Assembly: GCF_000143415.4 (NCBI RefSeq)
Contig: NW_003314313.1
Location: forward strand, 328,418-392,417
From: Selaginella moellendorffii
Lineage: Eukaryota; Plantae; Lycopodiophyta
DNA length: 64,000 nt
Direction of reading: 5' to 3'
Position numbers and translations under genes: made by a program. Of the stretch, positions 10,527-22,691 are shown piece by piece (within the stretch, counting starts at the first letter, position 1; every line of letters begins with the position of its first letter). Under the pieces are notes generated by a model. It did no database searches, had not been told where the DNA came from, and saw only the letters and a list, made by a program, of their open reading frames with translations.

Positions 10527-12140
10527 TTACTGCGGCTGGTGGGCGTGGCGCAGTACCTCGGTAACAAACGGCCGCAATGGCTCCTGCGTCGCCGCCTCAC
10601 ACGCCGCACGCCGCAGTGCCGCGGCACGCCGCCGCATCGCCGCGGCCTCCTCCCCGACCGTGACCGCGCGTACCGCGGCCTCCACCTCGGCACGCCCCAC
10701 GAGACGCTCGTCGCCGTCGCCAATCACCTCCACCGCCACGTGGAGCACGTCAACCAGGTAGCGACACGTGGGTAGGTGGTCCATGGTGATGGGCCACGCC
10801 AGCATGGGCAGGCCGCCCAGGGAGATGCACTCGAGCACCGAGTTCCACGCGCACGTCGTCACGAACGCGCCCGTGGAGGAGTGACTGAGGATGACGAACT
10901 GCGGCGCCCAGCCAACGTAGAAGAAGCCCTTGTTGCTACTCGCCATCCTCTCCACGAATCCCTCCGGGAGAGCTTCCATCTCCTGGACGCGCGAGAACAC
11001 CCACAGGAATCCCTGCTCGCTCGCCTCCAATCCCACCGCCAGCTCCAAGATCTGGGCGCGCGACAGCGAGATCCAGCTCCCGAAACATATGTAGAGCACC
11101 GAGGTCTCCGGCTGGCCGTCGAGCCACTCCTTGCATCGCTGCTCGTCGGCGCTCTTGACGAGACGATCGCGGTGCTCCTTGATCTCCTCCACCGCGCGAT
11201 CACCCGTGGGCTTGGCCAGATCGAGCTTGAAGAACTCGGGCGGGAGGAGCGGGCCGACGGCGTAGACCTTGGATTTGGTGGCCTTGGCGTCGAGGCGGAG
11301 CACGTCCAGGGGGCCGTTCTCGAGATCGTGGAAGGTGTTGATCATGAGGCGATGGAACTCGGCCAGGAGATTGCTGTGCTCGGAGAAGAGGAGATTCAAG
11401 ACGTGGGACGTCTCGCGGTAGTAGTCGGAGATGTCGTGTGGGCGGAATGGTGGCAGCCCCGGGATGACGAACCCATCGGCGAGCTTGGAGGGGAGCGTCT
11501 GCTGCGAGGCCGACATATGGAAGATGATGCTGGCGGCGGAGATCGGGCAGAAGACGCAGATCGGGACGAGGCTGGCGTTCTCGGCCAGGAATCCATCGCT
11601 GGCCGAGGAGAAGAGCATGTAATCCATCACGGCGTACACGGGCGGCGATGGCGAGCGCCTGATCTCGTCGAATTTGCGGCGGAGGGCCTCGCCGTGCATC
11701 TGGAACATGGACATGGTGCTGGCCACGGCGCACATATCCACCTGGAGCCGCCGCGCGCCGGTGGCGATGGATCGGCTGCTGGGCTGCCAGGAGTCCTCGT
11801 CCTCGGCCATGTCCAGCACCTCGAGCAGCACGTCCAGGCCGTCGGTGGGATTGTTGTTGAGGACTCGGCGGAGCGGGCGATTCCCGGGGATGAGCACCGT
11901 AACCGAGAGCCCCATCTGCGCGAGCTTCTGCCCCAGGATCATCATCGGATTGAGATGGCCGACGCGGACGAGCGGGCAGAGGACGACGTGCGCGGACTTG
12001 CGGCGGCAGTTTGCCCAATCCACGCGACCCGGAATTCCTCCTCCCCCGCCGCCATTGCTGCTGCTGCTGCTGGTGTTAGTCGCCGCCGCGGGCTCGGATC
12101 CCGCTACCATGGTGTGCGCCATACCTACAGCGGCGGCCAT
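10527..12140 (-). CDS. Family 1 UDP-glycosyltransferase (UGT), intronless
   Basis: GHLNPM catalytic His region, WLDGQPETSVLYICFGS, and PSPG box WAPQFVILSHSSTGAFVTTCAWNSVLECISLGGLPMLAWPITMDH. Confidence 0.93.
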   Translation of the reverse strand: MAAAVGMAHTMVAGSEPAAATNTSSSSSNGGGGGGIPGRVDWANCRRKSAHVVLCPLVRVGHLNPMMILGQKLAQMGLSVTVLIPGNRPLRRVLNNNPTDGLDVLLEVLDMAEDEDSWQPSSRSIATGARRLQVDMCAVASTMSMFQMHGEALRRKFDEIRRSPSPPVYAVMDYMLFSSASDGFLAENASLVPICVFCPISAASIIFHMSASQQTLPSKLADGFVIPGLPPFRPHDISDYYRETSHVLNLLFSEHSNLLAEFHRLMINTFHDLENGPLDVLRLDAKATKSKVYAVGPLLPPEFFKLDLAKPTGDRAVEEIKEHRDRLVKSADEQRCKEWLDGQPETSVLYICFGSWISLSRAQILELAVGLEASEQGFLWVFSRVQEMEALPEGFVERMASSNKGFFYVGWAPQFVILSHSSTGAFVTTCAWNSVLECISLGGLPMLAWPITMDHLPTCRYLVDVLHVAVEVIGDGDERLVGRAEVEAAVRAVTVGEEAAAMRRRAAALRRAACEAATQEPLRPFVTEVLRHAHQPQ

Positions 12141-12518
12141 CACTGGCGCATCCAGATCGGAGGCACCGCGCGTGGGAATGGAAGATTTTCACCTGGCGGA
12201 GGAGAGAATGAGATTCGAGAAGCGAGATTACGGAGGTGGGAGATCGGGGAGCTCACCAGATCCGGCGCCGCGACGATCCCCGCTGGGCAGGGCGAGGGTT
12301 TAGAACTCTTGGAACCAAGAAATGGGGCTAAAATCCCTAGAAATTATCGCATATTGGAGAGGCCGACCACGACGAAACGGAACTGTGGATGGATGGAATG
12401 GACTTTACACCCCAGTGCGTACGGACTCACGGCCAAATTGGAATCCGGCTCTCAAGTCCGTGGAGTGGACTCCAAAATATTTTCTAGGGTTCTTCCCTAT
12501 TTCTTTCTCTCGAATCGA

Positions 12519-14016
12519 ATGCAGCTGCCCCGATGCGGTGCTTCTTCCGCCGCGGTCACGATCGTTGCGTCTCAGATCACATTCCTCGTCCTGTTCTACT
12601 CCAATCCATCGGGGTTTTCTTTGAAGCGGGCAGCTGTCGACGACGATCGGAGCTGGAGCGGCGGCATTGGCGTCCACATTGCGAATCTCTCTCGCGATTT
12701 CAACTACGGCCTGGTGAGGAGCTATCCAGGGAGTGCTGTGAGCCAGATCGATGCTTTCCCGGCGTACCCTGACGATCCTCTCGTCAGACAGTACAGCGCG
12801 GAGTATTGGATTCTGGGAGATTTGGAAGCGGGAAGCGATGCGTCGTTCGCCCGCAGGGTTTTGGATCCAGACCAGGCGGATGTGGTGTTCGTGCCGTTCT
12901 TCGCAGCGCTCAGCGCGGAGGCACAGCTCAGGAATGGGAAGGGGCATTTCAGGCACCGCAAGGACAATGAGGATTACGAGAGGCAGAAGGCGGTCATGGA
13001 GATTGTGACGAGCTCCTCGCGGTGGCAACGCTCGGGTGGAAGAGATCACGTCTTCGTTCTCACAGGTAGGCCTACGCAAACAAAATCTTCGTTTTACCAA
13101 ACTCTCGGATGAATGAATTAGATCCGATGGCCATGTACCACTTCCGGGCCGAGATAGCCAACTCCATCCTTCTCGTTGTGGATTTTGGTGGCTGGTACAT
13201 GGAAGATGCAAAGAGCTCTAGAAATTTGAGCAGTCCCCAGCCCATCTATCACACTCAGGTTTCGTTGATCAAAGATGTCATCGTTCCATATACTCACCTT
13301 CTTCCAACGCTAGCACTCTCGCAAGACAATGCTGTTCGCACCACGCTTCTCTACTTCAAGGGCGCAAGATATCGTCACAGAGTACGTACTTTTTTTATTG
13401 TAATCTAATTGTTCTAGATCGTGTTTGGTTTCTCATTTTCTTCCTTTTGTTTCTCTCGTAGACTGGACTTGTTCGGGACCAGCTATGGAGTGTTCTCGAT
13501 GGCGAGCCCGGAGTGTTGCTAGAGGAAGGCTTTCCCAACAGAACAGGCCAGGTCCAAGCAGTCCAAGGCATGAGAAACTCTCACTTTTGCCTCCACCCTG
13601 CCGGCGACACGCCCAGCTCCTGCCGTCTGTTCGATGCAGTGGCAAGCCTGTGCATACCCGTGATCGTCAGCGACAGCATCGAGCTACCGTTCGAAGGCAT
13701 GCTCGACTACACGCAATTCGCCATCTTTGTGTCAGTTCACGACGCTTTGCTGCCGAAGTGGCTCGTCCGGCACCTGAGCAGCTTGAGCAGCAAGGTCAGG
13801 AATCAGATGCGTCACAACCTGGCTAGTGTACAGCACCATTTCGAGTACGAGAATGGTTTTCCCGGCGGCAGAGGTGCTGCTATCAAGGATGGAGCCGTCA
13901 ACATGATCTGGAGGAAAGTCCGCTCCAAGCTTCCGGGTGTTCGAGAGGCGATTGCTAGGGACAGGAGAAGACCCTCCAACGCTCAATTGCCACCCGCTCG
14001 GTGCCAGTGCATTTAG
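12519..14016 (+). CDS. Exostosin-family glycosyltransferase (GT47, ARAD-like), 3 exons
   Basis: Exons ~12519-13065, 13122-13381 and 13462-14016 with GT-AG introns. Motifs QYSAEYW, ADVVFVPFF, GGRDHVF, FCLHPAGDTPSSCRLFDA and CIPVIVSD. Confidence 0.92.
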
Positions 14017-15734
14017 AGAAGCTGCTGGAGGAGCTCGTCATTTACCAAGGAGCAGAACTTGGCACTGAATAAGCTACTGCTCGACAACGTCTCGAACTGG
14101 CCTGCTCGATCCAGGATCTCGATCAAGCAAGAGTGGTGTTCCTCCAGTGGAAAGAGCCCGTGATCGTCTCTCATGGAGACAAAGTAGCGGCAGCCTTCCC
14201 GGACCAAACCAACGTGTTTGCAAGCGACCATGACGCTGAGGATCGAGACTCTACTGGGTTTGAGACCCTCGAGCAGCATGATCCGGAAGTACGCGATGGC
14301 GATCCAGCCAGAGCCAGAGTGAGCAAAGATCGTCACCATGGTCGTCCAGGAGAGAACGTCGAGCTCGGGTATTCTCCTAAACAAGGCCGTGGCTCCCTCG
14401 ATATGCCCGTTTTGGGCATAGCCTTGGAGCATGGTCGTCCAGGACACGGTGTTTTTCTGTGGCATTCTATCAAACAGAGCCTTTGCCGCGTCCATATGCC
14501 CGTTCCCGGCATATGCGTGGAGCATCGCGGTCCACGACACAACGTTGTGTTGTGGCATCTCATCAAATATTTCCTCGGCCGCTCCAAGACGGCCCTCCCC
14601 TGAGTAGCCCTGCAGCATCTCCGTCCATGACACGATATTGCGTGAGGGCATTTTGTCAAAGATTCCCTTGGCCTCTTCAATACGGCCGATGTGGACGTAC
14701 GCGTGGAGCAGCGTTGTCCACGATACGAGATTCCTCTCGTCCATGGCATCGAATATTCGCCTTGCCGCGTAGATATGCCCTCCCTGGGCATATGCCGCGA
14801 TCATGACATTGTAGGAGATTGTGTCTCGGCAGGGCATTGCGGTGAAGGTAGACTCGGCTGCATCAAGATGGAAGGTATGGGCATATGCTCCCAGCATTGC
14901 ATTCCATGATACCATGTTGTGAACTGGCATGGCTGTGAATGTGGCTTGTGCGGCATCTACATTCCCGTTGGCGGCATATGCCTGGAGCATTGCGTTCCAC
15001 GAGACAAGGTTCCACTCTGGCATGCTCTGGAACGTCGATTCAGCGGCATCTACGGCTCCACTTACCCCATGTGCCGTCACCATTGTGTTCCACGTCACCA
15101 CGTTGCGCTCAGGCATTGTTTTAAAAAGAGCCTTGGCGGCGTTTAGATGCCCGTGTTGGGCATATGCCCCAAGCATAGCCGTGATAGATACCACGTCCCA
15201 TTGTGGCATGGCGTGGAAGGTCTGCCGCGCGGCATCGATCTGGCCGTTGATCGCATAAGCTGCGATCATCGCGTTCCAGCTCACGATGCTTTTCTTCGCC
15301 ATGCTCGCAAAGATGCCCTCGGCATCTTCCAGATGCCCGTTCTTGGCACAGGCGCCGATCATAATCGTCCAAGAGGAAGCGTCCGGGGCGCGCATCGATT
15401 CCAAGACGGCGCGCGCGTCGGCAAGGCTGTGGCATCGGGCGTACATCTGGAGGAGGAGATTGGCGAGGTCGGGATCGTCGCGGTGTCGATCGCTGCGACG
15501 AATGCAGGCGTGGATCCAGCGCACTTTGGCCAGATCTTGAGCGTTCCCACAGCATCGAAGAATGCAGGCGAAGAGCTCCTTGATCGGGTCCCAGGCAAGA
15601 TCTAGGCGACGGCGCGGGTGGGAGTCGAGCGGATTCATCGAAATATCGGGGTCCGGTGTGATCGCTGGCTGGATCGAAATATCGAGACGCCGGGAGCGAT
15701 CGAGATGCTGAGTAGCGGCAGCCGGCAGCGCCAT
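14013..15734 (-). CDS. PLS-class PPR protein, C-terminally truncated (no full E domain)
   Basis: About 14 tandem repeats (VSWxAMLxAYAxNG...A...F..MP). The ORF ends soon after EEHHSCLIEILDRAG. Confidence 0.9.
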   Translation of the reverse strand: MALPAAATQHLDRSRRLDISIQPAITPDPDISMNPLDSHPRRRLDLAWDPIKELFACILRCCGNAQDLAKVRWIHACIRRSDRHRDDPDLANLLLQMYARCHSLADARAVLESMRAPDASSWTIMIGACAKNGHLEDAEGIFASMAKKSIVSWNAMIAAYAINGQIDAARQTFHAMPQWDVVSITAMLGAYAQHGHLNAAKALFKTMPERNVVTWNTMVTAHGVSGAVDAAESTFQSMPEWNLVSWNAMLQAYAANGNVDAAQATFTAMPVHNMVSWNAMLGAYAHTFHLDAAESTFTAMPCRDTISYNVMIAAYAQGGHIYAARRIFDAMDERNLVSWTTLLHAYVHIGRIEEAKGIFDKMPSRNIVSWTEMLQGYSGEGRLGAAEEIFDEMPQHNVVSWTAMLHAYAGNGHMDAAKALFDRMPQKNTVSWTTMLQGYAQNGHIEGATALFRRIPELDVLSWTTMVTIFAHSGSGWIAIAYFRIMLLEGLKPSRVSILSVMVACKHVGLVREGCRYFVSMRDDHGLFPLEEHHSCLIEILDRAGQFETLSSSSLFSAKFCSLVNDELLQQLL

Positions 15735-15807
15735 CGGCAGATTTCAATCACAATGCCCTTCCCAATCTCGGGCTAGATAGCAGTGGCGTCGTTTCTTGAT
15801 CAAGATC

Positions 15808-16739
15808 ATGGCCGACGAGGAGGGAAATGGCCTGGAAGATGAGCAATCTTTCTCCTGCTGGGAGCAGCTACTTCCCGATCTTCTGGCGCAGATCCTTGCG
15901 AGGCTGCCGTTCGAGGAGAGATTCTTGAGCGCGCCACTGGTTTGCAAGAGATGGAACAGGGCATGCAAGGAGGAGCCGCATTGCTGGACGAGCGTGGACA
16001 TAGAGCCGTGGTTCCTGGCGCGCGTGCAGCAGGATTTCTGGTGGGAGTTCGAGTGTGACGATCAGATCAAGTGGATCATCCACGAGGTCGTCGATCGGAG
16101 CCGCGGGATGCTCCAAGACCTGCGCACCATGCATTGCTGCGATTCCTCCCTGGAATACATCGCTCACAGGTATCATCTCTGGTTTCTTGGAAGAACACTG
16201 GAAATATTTTCGATGATCGATCCAACAGGTGCCCGAAGCTCGTGAGCTTGGGGATCCGGAACAGCCTCCGCGTGACCGATTCCTCGGCGATGACGCTCGC
16301 GTACAAATGCCCGCTCCTGGCATCGATCGACATCAGCGACTGCTACAACATCTCCAGCGCCGGATTGGAAGCCCTAGGGCGGCACTGCCCGCGCCTGATC
16401 CGGCTCAAGCGAAACATGCTGAGGAACAGCGACCGGATCGAGCGGAACAAGCTCCTGGCGAGAGGGGACGACGACGAGGCGCTGGTGCTATCGCGATCCC
16501 TGCGCGGGATCAAGCACCTGGAGATGAAGAGGGGCGAGCTCTCGGACGAAGGATTGCTCCACATTGCCCGCGGCTGCTCGCGCCTCGAGTATCTGGATGT
16601 GTCGCTGTGCGCCAAGCTGAGCGCCAAGGGGCTGGACGCCGCCGCGGGGATGCTGGAGAAGAGCTTGAAGATTTTCATCCGCCCTGTCCTTCCGCCCAAG
16701 CAAACTCTCCCAGATTTGCTCTGGGTCTTCTTCCAGTAA
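15808..16739 (+). CDS. F-box/LRR protein (FBW2/SKIP-like), 2 exons
   Basis: F-box WEQLLPDLLAQILARLP...VCKRW, intron 16170-16228, and AMN1-type LRRs (CPKLVSL, CPLLASIDISDC, GCSRLEYLDVSLC). Confidence 0.9.
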
Positions 16740-17577
16740 GAGCCCTAATCCTCCATTAGTTATGGTTCTAGCTCCGTGGAAGCCCTCCACCTGCAAGCCC
16801 GCGGTGGCGTTCCTCCCGACCCCAGCCCGAGCACGAGCCCGAGCAAGAGCCCTCTCGAGGCTGGCGATCTTCAATAACTCGCTGGGCTTGTGGATGCTCC
16901 AGATCACACATTTGTGTGCGCTGCTGCCTCGGCCGGGATCTCGCTGCTGTGCTTCTCCCGCGACATCCTAGCTCGTTGGAAATCCTCTCCGGGGGGAACA
17001 CACGAAGATCCACACTCCCAGGAACCTCTCCCCTTTCAGAGGGGTCGGGATCCTGGAAGTCTTCACGGTTGTCCTCGCTACAGAGCACGTATTCAAGCTG
17101 GCGAGGATCGAGAGCATGTCCGACGATCGATTGGATTCGTGGGAGGTGAAGCGACATCTCAAGCTCGAGGACGGTCGTGTGCTTGGATCGAGGTTGACGA
17201 AGGTGGTGGGATGCGGTACGCGCTGGATTTGAGACGATTCGTGGCTTTGTTCTCGTTTCACCTCGACTCTCACCTGGACTTTCGAGCCCAAAGAGCTACT
17301 CCAGTGTGGGAATCGAGTGGCTTTGGTTGGGGGGAGTGGCTTGTTCTTGGAGGTCTGGGAGCTCTCTCGCGATTGCGGAAAGAATGCTCGTGTGCTGCTC
17401 GGATGGCGCGCAAATGCTGTGGGCGCTACTGCGTGATGGGCTGCTGCTGCTAAGCTACGATTGGGATTGGCATGAGCATCGAGCTCGTGGATCAGATGTT
17501 TGTTGGTGCGATGATCCATACGAGAGAAAAAATGAGGTTCTATAGAACGAATGGAGAAAGACAAAAAAAAAATTCTT

Positions 17578-17649
17578 CGGACCCGGCGTGATTCGAACAC
17601 GCAGCCTTCTGATCTGGAGTCAGACGCGCTATCATTGCGCCACGGATCC
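17578..17649 (-). tRNA. tRNA-Trp (CCA), variant
   Basis: GGATCCG TG GCGC AATGATA GCGC G TCTGA CTCCAGA TCAGA AGGCT GCGTG TTCGAAT CACGC CGGGTCC G folds as a cloverleaf. An oligo-T terminator follows. Confidence 0.9.
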
Positions 17650-17747
17650 TTTAGTTGTTATAAACATTATTACTAATATTTCTACAAACCATAAATTAGC
17701 TATCTGTGATGCATTGTAAACTGAAATTTGACAATGTTGTCATGTGA

Positions 17748-17821
17748 GGCCTATTAGCTCAGTTGGTCAGAGCGTCGTGCTAATAACGCGAAGGTCGCAG
17801 GTTCGAAACCTGCATGGGCCA
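17748..17821 (+). tRNA. tRNA-Ile (AAT)
   Basis: GGCCTATTAGCTCAGTTGGTCAGAGCGTCGTGCTAATAACGCGAAGGTCGCAGGTTCGAAACCTGCATGGGCCA, a canonical cloverleaf with a T-run downstream. Confidence 0.96.
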
Positions 17822-17973
17822 ATGATTCTTTTTAATTTTATTAATAAGAAAAAAATTCTGAATTTTCTTTATATTCACTTCGGGTTAATTGTCAAACGTA
17901 TTAAGTCAAACAAAATTACAGTAAAAAAACGATTCAAACGTTGTTCCGCAGCAAATCGGAGTTTAATCCATCC

Positions 17974-18425
17974 ATGGCGTCGCTCGTAACGCTAGTAGCT
18001 ATTCCAAGGATAGCAGCGTTTTCGCTCTCGAGGAGGAGGCGAGGATTAGCAGCGCGGTGTTGCAGCAAAAGCGATGAAGAACAGCGCAAGATTAAGCTCC
18101 AGCAGCTCGACAATCAGCTCGAGGGCCTCTCGTCCACCAGATCTCCTCCAAGAATTTCTTCCGGTAAGAGGAGATTTCTTCGATCGAAATGCTCAATGCT
18201 ATCGATGTTGCTTGCTTGCTTCGATCAGTTCCTCCGCCGCCACGAAAATCCGACAAGGAATTGGAGGTCGCGCAGTTCCCCGAGGTGGAGAGTGCCTTCT
18301 TCTTGAAATTCGCGGCCATTCTCTTCCTTATCACCATCGTTAACAATCTCCTCTTCATCGCCTTCTTCCCAAACGCGCCAAAGGACGAGCCTGGTTCGAA
18401 TCCCAGCAACGAGAGAAGAATGTAG
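17974..18425 (+). CDS. Small probably plastid-targeted single-pass membrane protein, 2 exons
   Basis: Transit-peptide-like MASLVTLVAIPRIAAFSLSRRRRG. The GT-AG intron at 18164-18228 joins the frames. C-terminal hydrophobic helix FAAILFLITIVNNLLFIAFF. Confidence 0.7.
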
Positions 18426-18546
18426 CTAGGTAGGAGGATATTCTCTGGAATGTTATCATGGGCCGTCCATGGCATCGACGGCATTTGATCGAGGCTTCGC
18501 GATCTAGGGCTTATTGTGAGGAGCGAGCGAGCGAGCGAGCGGAGCC

Positions 18547-21500
18547 ATGGCGGCTGTCAAGACGATCTCGCGCTCGGCCATAGCAGCGTTCAGCCCCAGC
18601 GAGAATCTCATCGCCGCGGGGACGGTCGCCGGATCTCTGGATTCCTCGCTCAGCTCGTCGACGTGCCTGGAGCTCTTCAAGCTCGATTTGGCCAGCGACG
18701 ACGTCGAGCTGCCGCTGGTGGGATCCTGCGCCACCGCCGAGCCGCTGAATCGCCTCAGCTGGGCGGGTGAGGCGGGATTGCTGGCCGGCGGATTGGCGGA
18801 TGGGAGCATCAATATCTGGAATCCGGCCGCGCTTGTAAGGTAGGCCAGCGATCGAGCGCTAGATCTCTAGGTCACATTTGTCTTTGCAGCGATTTCCAGA
18901 GCAATACCGAGAGTGCCGCCGAGGCGAAGATAGAAAAGCACACACAGAAGGTAGCATTCTTGTTGCTATGCTCGATTTTCAACCCTGTTTGTGGAATTTC
19001 AGATCGTTGGGCTAGAGTTTAACCCGATCACTCCTAATTTCCTTGCGTCTGGTGACGCTGATGGCACGGTCTACATCTGGGATCTCACGGATACTGCTAC
19101 CCCGAAGCCATGTCCACCGCTTCAGGTTTTTCTATTTTCTTTTTAAACTCAGAACCAGTCTAGTACTGTGATTTTCTCTACAGTGGAAAGGAGCATCGTC
19201 GATTTCTCACCTCTCATGGAACCGGAAGGTTTCTCATATCTTTGCTACAACATCAAATGAAGGCGTTTGCGGTACTTTCGGCGCTGAATTCTAAGTCTTC
19301 CTTATTTGCTGTTGTTTTCTTTTTCAGTGGTATGGGACTTGAAGAAACGAAAAAGTGTTTTGAGGTAAGGTTCTAACTTACTTTGATTTCTTGTTTTCAT
19401 GTTCCTCTTCAGCTTCTCAGATCCACAATCGAAACTGCGATACTCTGCGTTACAATGGAATCCAGAAGTTCCAACCGAGTTAATTGTCGCAGTTGACGAT
19501 GACAATATGCCTTGTTTACAGGTAAGAGCTTCGCTTTCTGTTTCCTTTGTTCTGAGTTTTATACCTCTGTAGGCTTGGGACTTGAGAAAAGCGAATCATC
19601 CGACGCGAGTTCTTACTGGACATTCAAAAGGTGCGATTTGTTCCATCCGTTGCATGCCTCAATTTGTTTGTTACAGGAATCCTTTCACTGGCTTGGTGTC
19701 CAAGTGATAGTTCGATGCTACTAAGTTCTGCAAAGGACAATCGAACATTGTGCTGGGACGTTTCAGGGGAGGTAAGCTTTCCTGGCTTATATGTGTTGGT
19801 TTTTCCTTGACTCGTGGCAATTGATTGAAAGATTATCGGGGAGTTACCTAGAGGCAACAGTTGGAATTTTGACGTGCAATGGTCTACCCGGACGCCTGGC
19901 ATCTTATCCGCCTCATCTTATGATGGAAGAGTTGGCATATACAGTATTGAGGTAGGTCATGGAATGTACATTTCTTTTGTTATACAAGAGAATCTCGTTT
20001 TGTTCCAGTCCTGTCACCATAATGAAAAGGAATATGGACGTACTTCTCCTGGTAATGTAGAGCCATGTCTTGGTAATATTGTAAACTTTCGTCTTGTCGT
20101 TACAGTGGTTTTGAAGGCACCAAAGTGGCTCAAGAGACCAGTGGGAACGAGTTTCGGTTTTGGTGGAAAGCTCGTCTCGTTTAAAAAGAAGGCTGAAAAT
20201 TCTATAGCTTCGGAGGTAGACATCTTCACCTTTGTACTCTATTCGCAACTCGAAATTTCCTTACAGGTCAAGGTTCATAGTTTGGCGATCGAAGAAGGCA
20301 CGGTTAAACGTTCGACTGAATTTGAGGAAGCTGTTACCAATGGCGATCGAAGGGCTCTTTTGAAGTCTTTTTGTGATCGAAAAGCTTCTGAAGCAGAGTA
20401 TGTCTTCCATTCTTTGCTTGTACAGTATTCCTAATTTTGCTTTTAGCAGATCTGATCAAGAACGAGAAGTGTGGGAATATTTGAAGCTGATGTTTGACGA
20501 TGATGGAGGAAGAAAGGCTCTATTGAATCAGCTTGGCTTTCAATTTTCTGAAGTCGACGCACTTGCCGAAGAGTTTGAAGAGAAGGCCGAAATTCAAACA
20601 GACGTACCGGCTGTAGAAACACCAATTGACGATGGGGAGGACTTTTTTGAAAACCTTCAAGAGCCAAAAGAACCCGAGGTAGCTGCTGGACAAATGAACG
20701 GGAAAGATGAGACCACCGCAGAAGGCACAGAAGAACAAGAAGTAGATGATACTAGCAGGGACTCGGACAATGCAATCGAGGAGGCACTGGTTGTTGGAGA
20801 CTTCAAGGGAGCAGTGGCACAATGCATTTCTATGAACCGAATTGCCGATGCCTTGAGCATTGCTTATGCTGGAAGTCAAGCTTTGGGAGAGAAAACTCGG
20901 GATGAGTATGTGAAGAAAAACCAACGTTCGTATTTCAAGGTTCGTGATGCCTTGTGTTCCTAAATCTCACCTCGGTTTATATTGCCAGGTTCTGTCCGCG
21001 ATTGTAACACGAGATTTCAGTGGATTAGTCGCAAACAGGCCTTTAGCTGCATGGAAGCAGACATTAGCTCTTCTGGCTACGGTATTATTTGCTTTATGCG
21101 AAGTAGATTTACAGTTGTTTTTTTCTTTTTTTTTTTCGCAGTACGCGCGTGGTGAAGACTGGTCACAACTTGCTAATGCGTTGGCTTCAAGGCTTGATCT
21201 TGGCGGCGATGTTCAAGCAGCAACAATCTGTTATATATGTGCAGGCAATGTTGAGAAGACTATTGAAGTGCTTTCTCGCGCGTTCAGCACCCCAAATCAT
21301 GGGAAGCATGTTACGACAAATTTACAGGTATGGTTGTTTCAGTGTCTCTTGCTACTAACATTGGGATCACAGGATTTAGTGGAGAAGTCACTTGTGCTGG
21401 CTGTCGCTGTCGAACTTAAGCGACTCACTCCGGCCTTAGCAAAGGCAGTAGAGAGTTTTTGTGAACTTCTTGCGAGTGAAGGACTTGTAGAATCTGCCGG

Positions 21501-22691
21501 CGCGTATCTCTCTTTGGTCCCCGGGGAACTACCTCAAAGTTTGACGATACTTCGAGACAGAATTCAGAGAAGTCAGCAACCGCCGCAAGTGCCAGTGGCA
21601 GCGCCCGCGCCCGCGCCAGCGCCAGTGGCAAGCCGTCAATCACCCATGTATCCTAACACTGGGTATACGCCGAGTTACAATCAGGTACTTCGAGATGTGT
21701 TGTTACCTGTCCTAATGTGGTATGCTCATAGGGATTTTCTTCGCAACCGTACGACTACCCGCATTACACTCAAACGCCAACGCCAACGATGGGTCAGTAT
21801 GCACCATCTTCTCCCGCTCCTAGCGCTCCTGCTCCAAGCTTGATGGTTCCAAGGCCTCCACAGCAAACAGAACCTCACGTCCCGCCTCCAACTATGTTCA
21901 ACCCTGTTCGTGTGCAGCCTCCTGCTTCAAGCTTTATGGTGCCGAGACCGTCACATCAAACAGAAGTTCATACGCCCGCTGGATTCAATCCTGTTGCTGG
22001 ATTCAACCCTGTTCGCGTGCAGCCTGTGCAGCCTCCTCTCCAACGCCTTCCTAGTCCACCGACAGCTGCTCAACCATTGATCTCACACTTACAACAACAG
22101 ACTCCTTATACAGTTCAAGCAACATATACAGCACCACCACATTCTACTCCAGCAACATATACAGCACCAGCACAATCTGCCCCAGCACCCCAGCCTACAT
22201 ACACAGCTCCATCAGCGCCGGCCCCTCCCCCGACTGTCCACACTGTTGACACACAGAATGTTAAAGGTAATGTCGCCTTACACAACGTGTTTTTACATTT
22301 GGTTTCTTTTACAGATGAATTGAAGCCTGTGGTTTCTACGTTCAAAAGGCTTTTCGCTGAAACGTCCGATATGAGCAACCCTGTAAAGAAACGTGAAGTG
22401 GATGACAACTCCAGAAAGCTTGGAGCTTTGTTCGCCAAGCTAAACTCTGGGGACGTATCGCCAAATGTCGAGACGAAGCTACTTCTGCTTTGTCAGGCAC
22501 TGGATAGTCGGAATTTCCCTTCGGCTCATGAGATACTAGTGAGTTTGCCTTTTCCTCTGCCGTATGTAGCTGACGATCCATCTTTTCTCTGTGTGCAGGG
22601 CGACTTGACATCGCGAGAGTGGGACGAATGTGGTGTCTGGCTGACCGCCGTGCGGAGAATCACTAAAGCTCACCAGCAATCTATGCGCTGA
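18547..22691 (+). CDS. SEC31: COPII coat protein SEC31, many short introns
   Basis: N-terminal WD40 region ([12 protein letters not shown]...LELF), [32 protein letters not shown], a Pro-rich region, and C-terminal [20 protein letters not shown]. Confidence 0.93.

Noticed and set aside
10776-13112. 778-aa plus-strand ORF
   Set aside because: It is the antisense shadow of the GC-rich UGT running by chance into the frame of GT47 exon 1, not a fusion gene.
16760-17520. Overlapping 130-210 aa ORFs between the F-box gene and tRNA-Trp
   Set aside because: No recognisable domain or consistent splice model. A small gene cannot be excluded but is not supportable.
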